Counted from the first letter of the stretch, positions 1 through 8,589 are shown. The stretch: 64,000 nucleotides of DNA from a bacterium (GCA_965216315.1 CBDCFN010000016.1:352001-416000), one strand, 5' to 3'. Made by a program: numbers and translations. Notes: a model not told the origin generated them from the letters alone.

Positions 1-918
1 CCGACCGAGCTGGCCGACTCGCTGACCCATTATGCCGGGGTGCTGCGGAGCCGTTTTGCGAGGGGCAAGGCGCAGGAACTGGCAGCGTTGCTCAAGTCGT
101 GGTCCGAACAATCGCCCGCCTTACCCATCCATGAGATCCATCCGGGCTGGCTCCTTGAAGTCGTCAAAGAAGAGAGTCCGCGCGTCATTGGACTCATCTG
201 TCGCTACCTTCCCGGTCATCATGTTCGTTTTGTCATCGAGAATCTTCCGCGCGAAATCCGCGACAAACTCCCGACCTTGAATGAAAGTTTCGGTCTCCCG
301 GTCGAATTGATTAATGAGGTGAAGTCCTTTTTGGGGTCTCGCTTCTTTCAAGGGACGCCGCCCAATGCCGGGGAACGTTTTTCCGTGCGTCATATCCCAT
401 GGATGAGTGCCCGGGACATTCGTTGCGTGGTGCGGGAGCTGGGCTATAGCGAGTTACGCAAGGCCTTTGTCGGCATGGATGTGCAGGCGATCCAGGCCTT
501 TCTGACCCGCTTTCCGCTCGAGGAGGCCAAGGAATTGCGGGCCCACATCGAGAAGGGTCCGGCGATTTCTGACGCGGAGCACAAGCGCGCGCAGGCCCAC
601 ATTGTCGGGATGAATTTAGATGTGAGTTGTGCGGCCGACCTCCCCTATGAAATTGGACTTTCCGCCCTGGCGGAAGCGGTGGCCGCCGATGAGACCGGCT
701 GGATTGAAGGCGTGGTCGTGCGGCTGGACCCGGCCGAGGGCTACAGCCTCCGTCGTTATGTCAAAGAGGCGCAGGCCAGTGGGCGTTCCGACTCATGCGA
801 GCGGCGTCAGACGGAATTGTTGGGCTTGATCCGTGAATTGGCCGATAATGGCAAAATTGCCCAGTATTGGGGGAGTCGAGCGGACGACGAAATCACTCAG
901 AGCGGAAAACCGACTTAA
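1..918 (+). CDS. SctK/CdsK-like T3SS sorting-platform protein with FliG-M-like motif (5' truncated by window edge)
   Basis: Frame is open back to base 1. Lies directly upstream of sctL (sctK position). IHPGWL resembles the Chlamydia CdsK motif and ESPRVIGLICRYLP resembles FliG EHPQxxALILSYL. Confidence 0.5.
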   Translation, partial: PTELADSLTHYAGVLRSRFARGKAQELAALLKSWSEQSPALPIHEIHPGWLLEVVKEESPRVIGLICRYLPGHHVRFVIENLPREIRDKLPTLNESFGLPVELINEVKSFLGSRFFQGTPPNAGERFSVRHIPWMSARDIRCVVRELGYSELRKAFVGMDVQAIQAFLTRFPLEEAKELRAHIEKGPAISDAEHKRAQAHIVGMNLDVSCAADLPYEIGLSALAEAVAADETGWIEGVVVRLDPAEGYSLRRYVKEAQASGRSDSCERRQTELLGLIRELADNGKIAQYWGSRADDEITQSGKPT

Positions 919-941
919 ATGGTATAATAAGGGCCGAAATT

Positions 942-1610
942 ATGACTGAAATCATTAAACGCGATGATCCCGAAGGACAGCTCAAAGTGAAGGAAACGGA
1001 GACGTTCAGTCCGAGCCACTTCGTGCCGTCACGGGGGGTCCTCTCCAAAGACGTCGTCGGGGCCCGAGACGAGGCCGCACGGCTCATTGCCGAGGCGCGC
1101 GTGGAAGGACAACGCGTCATTGAGCAGGCGCGTCAACTCAAAGAGCGCATGACCGCCCAGGTCGAGCAGGAGAGAAAAAAAGGTTACGCCATTGGTCGTG
1201 AAGAGGGCCTGGGCCAGGTGACGGAACTGATGGCCACGGCGACGGCCGAGCGCGAAAAGATGCTCCAGGCGGCCGAACCCGAAGTCGTTCGGATGGTCTT
1301 CCAGATCGTTGAAAAGATACTCGGTGACGCGGTCGACCGCGGGGCCATTGTCGCCGTCGTGCAGCAGGCCCTGACCGAAGCCATCGGCGAACGGATCACG
1401 GTTCGGGTGCATCCCGACGATTTGGACAAAGTCCGCTTGGCCGAGCCCCAGCTCAAAGAGCGGCTCCAAAATATCAAATCTCTGGTCACCGTTGCAGACG
1501 AAGGGATGGAAAAAGGGGGATGCAGCGTGGATACGGAAGTTGGGACAATTGACGCCCAGCTCAGCACGCAGATGGCGGCGATCAAAAAATCCTTAGGATT
1601 GGCGGATTAA
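942..1610 (+). CDS. sctL: T3SS stator SctL (FliH/YscL family)
   Basis: GYAIGREEG repeats, VRVHPDD, GGCSVDTEVGTIDA motifs; precedes the ATPase. Start moved to ATG 942. Confidence 0.88.
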   Translation: MTEIIKRDDPEGQLKVKETETFSPSHFVPSRGVLSKDVVGARDEAARLIAEARVEGQRVIEQARQLKERMTAQVEQERKKGYAIGREEGLGQVTELMATATAEREKMLQAAEPEVVRMVFQIVEKILGDAVDRGAIVAVVQQALTEAIGERITVRVHPDDLDKVRLAEPQLKERLQNIKSLVTVADEGMEKGGCSVDTEVGTIDAQLSTQMAAIKKSLGLAD

Positions 1611-1613
1611 GCG

Positions 1614-2939
1614 ATGACGATTATTGATCTGAAGAAATTTCAGCGCGACCTCTCTCAAGTGTCGACTTACAAGGTCAAGGGACGGGTGACTGAGCTGATC
1701 GGTTTGGTCGTGCGCGCCGTCGTGCCGAACGTACAGGTCGGCGAGCTCTGTCTGATTGAGCCTCTCAATGAACGGCCCAGTCTGCGGGCGGAGGTCGTTG
1801 GCTTTCAAGAAAATGAGGTCTTACTGATGCCGCTGGGGAATCTCGAAGGGATTGCCCCGGGTTGTAGCGTGATCCCCACCGGCCATGCCATGACGGTTCG
1901 GGTCGGACATGGTTTGTTGGGCCGGGTGCTCAATGGATTGGGGGATCCCCTCGATGAGGAGGAAAAGGGCCCTTTGTCGTGGGACGAAGAGTATCCTGTC
2001 CAAGCGGATCCTCCCCATGCCCTCAAGCGGGAACGCGTGCTGAATACCCTGTCCGTCGGGATCAAGGCGATCGATGCCGTGTGTACGGTCGGTGAGGGCC
2101 AGCGCGTCGGTTTGTTTGCCGGGGCCGGGGTGGGAAAATCGACGCTGATCGGGATGATCGCCCGTAATACGAGTGCCGAAATCAATGTTATTTGTCTGGT
2201 CGGGGAGCGTGGTCGCGAGGTCAGAGATTTCCTGGAACAGGATTTGGGGCCCGAGGGGTTGGCGCGTTCCGTCGTGATCGTGTCGACATCCGATCAACCG
2301 TCGTTGGTGCGTGCCAAGGCCGCCTATGTAGCGACGGCCATTGCCGAGTATTTCCGGGACCAGGGCAAGAGCGTCTTTTTGATGATGGATTCCGTGACGC
2401 GCTTTGCGCGCGCTCTGCGCGAGATTGGTCTGGCCGTCGGGGAGCCGCCGGCGCGTCAAGGCTATACCCCGTCGGTCTTTTCTACTTTGCCCCGTTTGCT
2501 CGAACGCTCCGGTAATTCGGACCGTGGCTCGATCACGGCCTTTTACACGGTGTTGGTGGCCGGGGACGATATGAACGAGCCCGTCGCCGATGAAACGATG
2601 TCGATTCTCGACGGTCATATCGTCTTGTCCCGGGACCTGGCGAATCGCGGTCATTACCCGGCGATCGATGTTTCCAAGTCGGTCAGTCGCGTCATGCTGG
2701 GAGTCGTGAGCCCGGAACACATGAAGGCGGCTCAACAGCTCAAGGAGGTCTTGGCCTCCTATGAAAAGGAGCGGGACCTGATCGTCATCGGGGCCTATGA
2801 GCCGGGGACGGACCCCAAGGTGGATTATGCGATCGATAAGATTGAAGAGGTCGAGACTTTTTTAAAGCAGGATGTCCACGACAAAGTCGGCCTCAACGAA
2901 TCCGTCCAGGAACTCCAGGAGATGTTCGATGATGTTTAA
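1614..2939 (+). CDS. sctN: T3SS ATPase SctN (FliI/YscN)
   Basis: Walker A AGAGVGKS, LVGERGREV, MDSVTRFARA, GEPPARQGY, DGHIVLSR. Confidence 0.96.
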   Translation: MTIIDLKKFQRDLSQVSTYKVKGRVTELIGLVVRAVVPNVQVGELCLIEPLNERPSLRAEVVGFQENEVLLMPLGNLEGIAPGCSVIPTGHAMTVRVGHGLLGRVLNGLGDPLDEEEKGPLSWDEEYPVQADPPHALKRERVLNTLSVGIKAIDAVCTVGEGQRVGLFAGAGVGKSTLIGMIARNTSAEINVICLVGERGREVRDFLEQDLGPEGLARSVVIVSTSDQPSLVRAKAAYVATAIAEYFRDQGKSVFLMMDSVTRFARALREIGLAVGEPPARQGYTPSVFSTLPRLLERSGNSDRGSITAFYTVLVAGDDMNEPVADETMSILDGHIVLSRDLANRGHYPAIDVSKSVSRVMLGVVSPEHMKAAQQLKEVLASYEKERDLIVIGAYEPGTDPKVDYAIDKIEEVETFLKQDVHDKVGLNESVQELQEMFDDV

Positions 2940-3039
2940 TAACGATAGCCATTCTAGCGAGCAACGCGAGCGAGAGGGGGAGGCTCCGATGGCTTTGCCA
3001 GTGGAGGGGGCGACGCGAGCCCCTATGAACAATGTCTGA
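2929..3039 (+). CDS. 36-aa mini-ORF reading through a palindromic element, overlapping the sctN stop and sctO start
   Basis: Hand translation MMFNNDSHSSEQREREGEAPMALPVEGATRAPMNNV*; AGGAG at 2917-2921; below the ORF-track cutoff. Confidence 0.4.
   Translation: MMFNNDSHSSEQREREGEAPMALPVEGATRAPMNNV
2954..3026. repeat. 73-bp dispersed palindromic element, copy 1
   Basis: 63/73 identical to 39483-39555; hairpins CTCC..TGGC-TTT-GCCA..GGAG and GGGGC-N7-GCCCC. Confidence 0.9.
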
Positions 3040-3535
3040 GAAGTATCGCTTAGAGCCGCTGTTGCGCATCAAAGCCCGCGCGCGGAAGCGCGCGGAGATT
3101 GCCCTGGCTCAGGCGATTGGCCACCTCGAAAAGGAAAAGAAGCGCAAGGAAGAGCTCGAGCAGGAGAAGCAGGATCTGATCACGACCAAGACCGAGATCC
3201 GGAATGAGCTCGATGCCCGCATGAACAGCGAGGCTGGCATCGTGTCGGATTCCTTTCAGTACATTAATTACATGCGCGGGCTCGAGGAGGATATCGGGCA
3301 GAAGGATCGTGATATCGAGCGCCAGGAAGATGTCATCGAGGACGCCAAGGTCGTCGTCGGTCGCGCACGGCGTGATTATATTGACGCGGCCCAGGAGCAT
3401 AAGGTGATGGAGAAGCACAAGGAGCTCTGGGAGAAGCGGCAACAGAAAGAGCTGATGCGGCGCGAACAAAAGGAGATGGATGAACTCGGACAGGTCATCC
3501 ATCAGATGGCGCACCGGGGCGGGAAAGGTTTATAA
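3032..3535 (+). CDS. sctO: T3SS stalk SctO (FliJ/YscO family)
   Basis: YRLEPLL start, long charged coiled coil, EQKEMDE end; follows the ATPase. Confidence 0.85.
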   Translation: MSEKYRLEPLLRIKARARKRAEIALAQAIGHLEKEKKRKEELEQEKQDLITTKTEIRNELDARMNSEAGIVSDSFQYINYMRGLEEDIGQKDRDIERQEDVIEDAKVVVGRARRDYIDAAQEHKVMEKHKELWEKRQQKELMRREQKEMDELGQVIHQMAHRGGKGL

Positions 3536-3542
3536 TTAAATG

Positions 3543-3619
3543 GACGGGTCCTGCCGCCTTCGCAATCCTTTTGCTGCGTCTCAAAACGACGGTCAAAAGG
3601 ATCGCTCGCGTCACCCGTC
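3543..3619. repeat. Long imperfect hairpin between sctO and sctP, spanned by mini-ORF 3540-3638
   Basis: Nested stems GACGGGT/ACCCGTC, ATCCTTTTG/CAAAAGGAT, CGTC/GACG. Confidence 0.7.
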
Positions 3620-3644
3620 GCAAGTGAGTATTTGGTAATTTAAT

Positions 3645-4565
3645 ATGGCTAAAAACATCGACAACGCTGCCTCCCGAGACGCCGCCCGCCAGGCCCAAAA
3701 AGTCAGCCAGGCCGAACAGGCCCGGACCGGCAAACAGGCGATGGGCATCGGTGCCCAGCCGTCTCAATCCCAGTTCGGCCAGATTCTCCAAGAGCAGATG
3801 GGCCAGTCCGCTCAACTGAATCGTCAGGACTCCGTGAAGCCCCGGGAGGACAAGCCGGAAGACCGGCGTTCCGATACCCGTGATTCCGGTAAGGGGAAAG
3901 AGTCGGCGCACAAGGACGCCGCGGTCCAAGATCGGGTCCGCGAGTCAAAAGGGCGCGATGACTCGCGAGACCGTTCCGATTCCCGCGAGGACTCCAAGGG
4001 GGGCGGGGAGCGCAAGGAGTCGACCCAGCAGGCCAAAGAGGCCGAACAGCGCGTCGTCGGCAAACAGCAGGGCCGCGGCGATGGCGAGGGTCAAAAGGGC
4101 GGCCAACAAGGGAAGGGCCAGGACGGGCGACATGGCGCGGGCCAGCAGTCTCAGGGCGAAGCGGGTACGATGGCCGGGAAGACCGCGAAGCAGCCGGCGC
4201 AGTCCCAGGCCAAGCCTCAGTTTGCTCAGGGGGCGATGGCAACCGCTCAAGCGAGTTCGACCTCAGCCGCGGCTAAATCAGCACCCATGACCCGGATTCC
4301 CCAGCAGGTTATCGACCAGATTGTTAGTTATGCACGGCTCCACAGCAAAAAAGACGGGGAAACCGAGATGGAGCTAGCCCTGCATGAAGAAGTCTTCAAG
4401 GGGCTCCGCATGCGTATTTCGACCAAGAACGGTAAAATCACGACGACCTTCATTACGAGCTCCCGGGACGTCAAGGACCTCTTCAATACCCACAAGCAGA
4501 CCCTCCGCCGTCAGCTGACCGAAAATGGTTTGGCGCTGGAGGGGATCGATGTTATTATGACCTAA
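3645..4565 (+). CDS. sctP: Length-control ruler SctP (FliK-like)
   Basis: Low-complexity Q/G/S/charged N-region plus C-terminal T3S4/FliK-like domain; syntenic position after sctO. Confidence 0.75.
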   Translation: MAKNIDNAASRDAARQAQKVSQAEQARTGKQAMGIGAQPSQSQFGQILQEQMGQSAQLNRQDSVKPREDKPEDRRSDTRDSGKGKESAHKDAAVQDRVRESKGRDDSRDRSDSREDSKGGGERKESTQQAKEAEQRVVGKQQGRGDGEGQKGGQQGKGQDGRHGAGQQSQGEAGTMAGKTAKQPAQSQAKPQFAQGAMATAQASSTSAAAKSAPMTRIPQQVIDQIVSYARLHSKKDGETEMELALHEEVFKGLRMRISTKNGKITTTFITSSRDVKDLFNTHKQTLRRQLTENGLALEGIDVIMT

Positions 4566-4603
4566 GAATTTCGCGTAGTTACGTGATTTTTGGGTCAAAT
4601 TCT

Positions 4604-5539
4604 ATGGAAGCTACAAGCCTTGATTTTTCGCGCTTAGAAAAGATTTCGCTCACGGAGCGACGTTTGCGGGAGACCCTCGACAATTTTATTCCGGCTGGGG
4701 AGCGACGGCTTCAGCTTCAACTGGCCATTGAACAGGCCCTGCAGCAATCCCTGCGAGGGGGCTGTACTCTCCATGGCAAGGCCTATCGCTTGGAGGCGGC
4801 CGAAGAATGGCGCGACCATGCCGCCGGTGATGCGCTGTATGTGACCTTATCAGTCATTCCGACCGGGGCCAAGATGGTCCTGGTCTGGGATCCGGTACTG
4901 GCGCTTGCGTTGGTCGATCGCGTGTTAGGAGGCGAACTCAAGGAAGTTCCTGTGGCGCGACAGCTGACGGAGATTGAGATCGGGGTCATTTCCTTTCTCT
5001 TGATGCAGGCCTGTCGCGTGTTTGACCAGATGGTGGCGGAATCCGCGAACGGGGAGTTTGCCCCGATTCGCATCGAAAAAGTCTTTCACGCCCGGGAGAC
5101 CTTACTGGCGGCCATGGCCGGCGCCAAGCAAGTGGCCGTTATGGATGTGTCGGTCGCGATTCCCGAGCTTACCGGGTTGATGCAGATGGTTTTGCCGGAC
5201 AACTTCATTGAGGAGGTCATGCAACCCCGTGTCAAACTGCCGGAACAGACCCTGGGGGTGGCGGAAGAACGGGCGCGACTTGAGTCGCTCGGTGACTTGA
5301 CCTTTCCGATGCGTGCCGTGGTCGGGGAGAGTGCGCTGCTTCCGGCCGAGTTGGGGGCCTTGGAGCCTGGAGACATCGTTCTGCTGGATCAAGCCCATGC
5401 CCGCATGGAGCAGGGTCGACTGCAAGGTCACGTGCAGTTGAAGGCCTTGCGCCCCGGTGCTCCGACGCTGATGACGCAGATTCGCGATGACGGGCCGCCG
5501 GCTCAACTCGAAATTATAGAAATGTACCGAGAGGCATAA
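4604..5539 (+). CDS. sctQ: C-ring protein SctQ/FliM-like
   Basis: LALVDRVLGG and RQLTEIE (FliM-type motifs); C-terminal SpoA-like LEPGDIVLLD. Alternative GTG start at 4583. Confidence 0.8.
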   Translation: MEATSLDFSRLEKISLTERRLRETLDNFIPAGERRLQLQLAIEQALQQSLRGGCTLHGKAYRLEAAEEWRDHAAGDALYVTLSVIPTGAKMVLVWDPVLALALVDRVLGGELKEVPVARQLTEIEIGVISFLLMQACRVFDQMVAESANGEFAPIRIEKVFHARETLLAAMAGAKQVAVMDVSVAIPELTGLMQMVLPDNFIEEVMQPRVKLPEQTLGVAEERARLESLGDLTFPMRAVVGESALLPAELGALEPGDIVLLDQAHARMEQGRLQGHVQLKALRPGAPTLMTQIRDDGPPAQLEIIEMYREA

Positions 5540-5544
5540 ATTTT

Positions 5545-6039
5545 ATGGAAGATAAAGCACCCGATAAAGAAGCGATTCCCGATACGCTGGGAGGCGTTGG
5601 CGAAGAGGGGCACGATCCCTATTTAGATCAGCTGGATAGTTCCTTGGAAGACCTCGGTGACGAGGAGGCGACGCGTTATGATATTCCCGCGGACACGCCG
5701 GCGCCTGGCAACCAGCTGCCTCCGGAGGCGCCGCTTGACCCGATGCCGGCCACGCCAGAGGAGCCGCCCGCGACGCCGGCGCCGACCATGGGTATGGATG
5801 AGGCCTTGGAAAATGCCGCGGCCATTCCGGTTTCATTGCGGGTCGTGATTGGAGATCGAGCGACAACTCTAGGCGAATTACTCAAGCTGAAGAAGGGGGA
5901 GTTGCTCGAACTCGATCGGGGGCTTGATTCGGCCGTCGACCTGATGGTCCAGGATAAGGTCGTGGCCCGTGGTGAGCTCGTCGAGATCGATGGGCGGATG
6001 GGTGTACGCATCATTCGTATCTTTGAGAATGCCTCATGA
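5545..6039 (+). CDS. fliN: FliN/SctQ-C SpoA-domain protein with acidic/Pro-rich N-extension
   Basis: IPVSLRVVIG, LLKLKKGELLEL, VARGELVEIDGRMGVRI. Confidence 0.85.
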   Translation: MEDKAPDKEAIPDTLGGVGEEGHDPYLDQLDSSLEDLGDEEATRYDIPADTPAPGNQLPPEAPLDPMPATPEEPPATPAPTMGMDEALENAAAIPVSLRVVIGDRATTLGELLKLKKGELLELDRGLDSAVDLMVQDKVVARGELVEIDGRMGVRIIRIFENAS

Positions 6040-6365
6040 TGACGTTTTGGGTCTTAGGAGCGGCGACGAGTACGGATGCAACCGTGGCGGCGTCCGAGCT
6101 CGATTACAGCGGGCTTTTCATCAAGATGGTCATTTTACTCATCTTGATTGTCGTAATGGGCTTCGTGTTGATGCGCTATTTAGGTCACTCCGCCAAGGCC
6201 CGGGGACGGGGTTCGGGGGCGCATTTTGAACTGATTTCCTGGTTTCGCTTGGAGCCCAAAAAGACGGTTTATTTGCTCAAGATCGGCAAACGAATCTTTG
6301 CCGTCGGGTCAGGAGACTCACAACTTAACCTGCTAGCGGAGATTGATGCGAGTGATCTGGAATAA
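6036..6365 (+). CDS. fliO: FliO-like export-gate assembly protein
   Basis: One TM helix followed by a beta domain LEPKKTVYLLKIGKRIFAVG..LNLLAEI; between fliN and fliP. Confidence 0.75.
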   Translation: MMTFWVLGAATSTDATVAASELDYSGLFIKMVILLILIVVMGFVLMRYLGHSAKARGRGSGAHFELISWFRLEPKKTVYLLKIGKRIFAVGSGDSQLNLLAEIDASDLE

Positions 6366-7233
6366 ATTAGGGGGGTTGAGGGGGACTTTACTAAGCCTCT
6401 TTTTTCTCCTCCTTCCCGCCATAACGTTTGCTCAAGAGCGGATTGACCAGCCCGATGCCGGTCTCGCGCCCGAGGGGGTCAGCCGACCGCTGGTCATGCT
6501 CCTGGTCCTGGCTGGCTTGGTTCTGTTGCCCATCCTGGCCATGATGACGACGGCCTTCGTCAAATTAGTCGTCGTGATGTCGATGCTGCGCAATGCCCTC
6601 GGGACCCAACAAATTCCACCGACCCCGGTTATTACCGGACTGGCGCTCATTTTGACGATCTACATCATGGCGCCGGTCGGGGCGCAGATGTATAAGACGG
6701 CGGAAGAGACGATCCAGCAAGGGAGCAACCAGCCGCTCCTCTCGCAGACCTCGGTCAATATGTTGATGACGGCCATTAGTCAGGCCAAGGAACCGATGCG
6801 GGAGTTTCTCATCAAGCATACCCATCCGCAGGAGCAGAAACTTTTTTATCAGATCGGTCGGGTGATGATGAATGTCCCCGGGGCGGAGGAAGCCAAGGAG
6901 GTGACCGCGGAGGCGGCGACCGAGGCGGAGATCACGGCCGAGACTGCCGGAGAGGAAAAACCCGCCAAGAAGCCGAAAGAACTGAGTCCGACGGATTTCA
7001 TGGTCCTGATCCCGGCCTTTACAATCAGCGAGCTGACCGAGTCCTTTCAGATCGCCTTTATTATCTTTTTGCCCTTTTTGATCATCGACATTGTCGTGAC
7101 CAATATCCTGCTGGCCCTCGGGATGTTCATGGTGCCTCCGGTCACGATGTCCTTGCCGGTCAAGCTGCTCCTCTTCGTCATGGTCGATGGGTGGCATATC
7201 CTCACGAAGGCACTCATTACCGGTTATATGTAG
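6346..7233 (+). CDS. sctR: Export gate SctR/FliP
   Basis: TTAFVK, RNALGTQQIPP, LIPAFTISEL, FLPFLIID, LGMFMVPP, KLLLFVMVDGW. Confidence 0.95.
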   Translation: MRVIWNKLGGLRGTLLSLFFLLLPAITFAQERIDQPDAGLAPEGVSRPLVMLLVLAGLVLLPILAMMTTAFVKLVVVMSMLRNALGTQQIPPTPVITGLALILTIYIMAPVGAQMYKTAEETIQQGSNQPLLSQTSVNMLMTAISQAKEPMREFLIKHTHPQEQKLFYQIGRVMMNVPGAEEAKEVTAEAATEAEITAETAGEEKPAKKPKELSPTDFMVLIPAFTISELTESFQIAFIIFLPFLIIDIVVTNILLALGMFMVPPVTMSLPVKLLLFVMVDGWHILTKALITGYM

Positions 7234-7399
7234 GAGAGACTTTATGAGCTTCAAAACGAAATGGTTGCGAGAGAGAGCGGATTTACTCCGGTCGAACGAG
7301 CCGGTCGGGGGTTCGGGGGTGTTGGGCCAAGCACACACCCCCGTTTCGAATGATGGGTGGCATATCCTCACGAAGGCACTGATTACGGGGTACATGTAA
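7186..7399 (+). repeat. 48-bp direct duplication of the sctR 3' end (7186-7233 and 7352-7399) flanking a GC-rich hairpin element
   Basis: Both copies encode DGWHILTKALITGYM*; 5 differences, all silent (CTC/CTG, ACC/ACG, GGT/GGG, TAT/TAC, TAG/TAA). Confidence 0.95.
7244..7399 (+). CDS. 51-aa mini-ORF ending in a copy of the SctR C-terminus
   Basis: AGGAGA RBS at 7232-7237; MSFKTKWLRERADLLRSNEPVGGSGVLGQAHTPVSNDGWHILTKALITGYM*. Confidence 0.5.
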   Translation: MSFKTKWLRERADLLRSNEPVGGSGVLGQAHTPVSNDGWHILTKALITGYM

Positions 7400-7408
7400 G
7401 GAGTTTCG

Positions 7409-7675
7409 ATGGATGCCTATATAATCAGCATTTCGCGTCAAACTCTTTATCTGACCTTGATCCTCACCGCGGCGCCGGTGGGGGCCGCCTTGATCGTCGG
7501 TCTCGCCGTCAGCCTCCTGCAGGCGACGACACAGATCCAAGAGCAGACCCTGACCTTCGTCCCTAAGCTGGTCATCGTCTTCGTGCTGCTCTCGGTATTA
7601 GGACCGTGGTCGTTTTTTCAGGTGGTCGCCTTTATGAATAGCCTGATCGAGAACATCCCACAGGTGATTAAGTGA
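7409..7675 (+). CDS. sctS: Export gate SctS/FliQ
   Basis: VGLAVSLLQATTQIQEQTLTFVPKL signature. Confidence 0.95.
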   Translation: MDAYIISISRQTLYLTLILTAAPVGAALIVGLAVSLLQATTQIQEQTLTFVPKLVIVFVLLSVLGPWSFFQVVAFMNSLIENIPQVIK

Positions 7676-7689
7676 AGCGGAGGTGATCG

Positions 7690-8514
7690 ATGGAGCAAGT
7701 CCTCCAGCTGCTCGGCTTTGAAATCGATTCCGGTCCGGCGCTCATCACGATGATGCTGATTTTGACGCGCATCTTTATCATCATCAACTTGATCCCCTTT
7801 CTCTTCGGCAATCCCGTCCCTGGGCTCGTCAAGCTTGGGGCTACCTTCATTTTTGTTGTCATCTTGTTTCCGTACATCTATCCGGGGGTGCCGGAAGGGG
7901 CCTATGACAACACCCTGTTTGTCGTGACGCTCTTTGTGAAAGAGGCCTTTTATGGGTCGGTGTTGGGACTCGTTGTCTCGATGATCTTTTATGCCTTTGA
8001 TTCCGCGGGGCAGATCATCGACAACCAGCGCGGGGCCTCGATGGCCCAGATCTTTTCACCCCAGACCGGGCGCCAGGTGACGATTTTTGGGTCCTTTACC
8101 TTTCAGCTGTCGGTCGTGATGTTCTTGTCTTTCGGGGGGCACATCATGTTCTTTCAGGCCCTCGGCCAGAGCTATGCCTACCTGCCCATCTATGAGATGC
8201 CGGCGGCCGGGGTCAATTTCTACAGCACGGTGATTCACTTCATCAAGGTGACGGGGACGGTCCTCTTTATCGCTGCCCAGTTGGCGGCCCCGATCCTGAT
8301 TTCGATCTTCGTCGTCGACCTGATCCTCGGCGTCATGAACCGCATCTCGCCGGCGATCAACGTGTTGACGCTCGGTTTCGCGATTCGCGGTATCATGGGG
8401 GTACTGATCTTCTTCCTCGCCTTTACGACGATTGCCTATCAGATGAAGGTCCTGTCGATCCAGAGTCTGGAGAATGTCACCCGGACGATTCGTTTTTTGG
8501 CGACGGGCGGGTGA
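7690..8514 (+). CDS. sctT: Export gate SctT/FliR
   Basis: Multi-TM; AGQIIDNQRGA (SctT-type), DLILGVMNRISPAINV. Confidence 0.92.
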   Translation: MEQVLQLLGFEIDSGPALITMMLILTRIFIIINLIPFLFGNPVPGLVKLGATFIFVVILFPYIYPGVPEGAYDNTLFVVTLFVKEAFYGSVLGLVVSMIFYAFDSAGQIIDNQRGASMAQIFSPQTGRQVTIFGSFTFQLSVVMFLSFGGHIMFFQALGQSYAYLPIYEMPAAGVNFYSTVIHFIKVTGTVLFIAAQLAAPILISIFVVDLILGVMNRISPAINVLTLGFAIRGIMGVLIFFLAFTTIAYQMKVLSIQSLENVTRTIRFLATGG

Positions 8515-8552
8515 TTTTTCCAATTTTCGCATAACTTTTCCTTAATTTTCCG

Positions 8553-8579
8553 GCAACTTTGGGTCGCTCGAGGCGATAA
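8553..8579 (+). promoter_or_regulatory. Sigma28(FliA)-like promoter GCAACTTT-N11-GGCGATAA
   Basis: -10 is one mismatch from GCCGATAA with canonical 11-nt spacer; same variant -35 as at 10888. Confidence 0.55.
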
Positions 8580-8589
8580 GCGGGTCGTA

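Noticed and set aside
1821..7395. Long antisense ORFs (e.g. 1821-2735, 6565-7395)
   Set aside because: Shadow frames of GC-rich genes with no recognisable motifs.
7186..7399. DGR template/variable repeat interpretation of the near-identical duplications (also 39403-39631)
   Set aside because: Differences are not adenine-specific on either strand, are all silent, and no reverse transcriptase is in the window.
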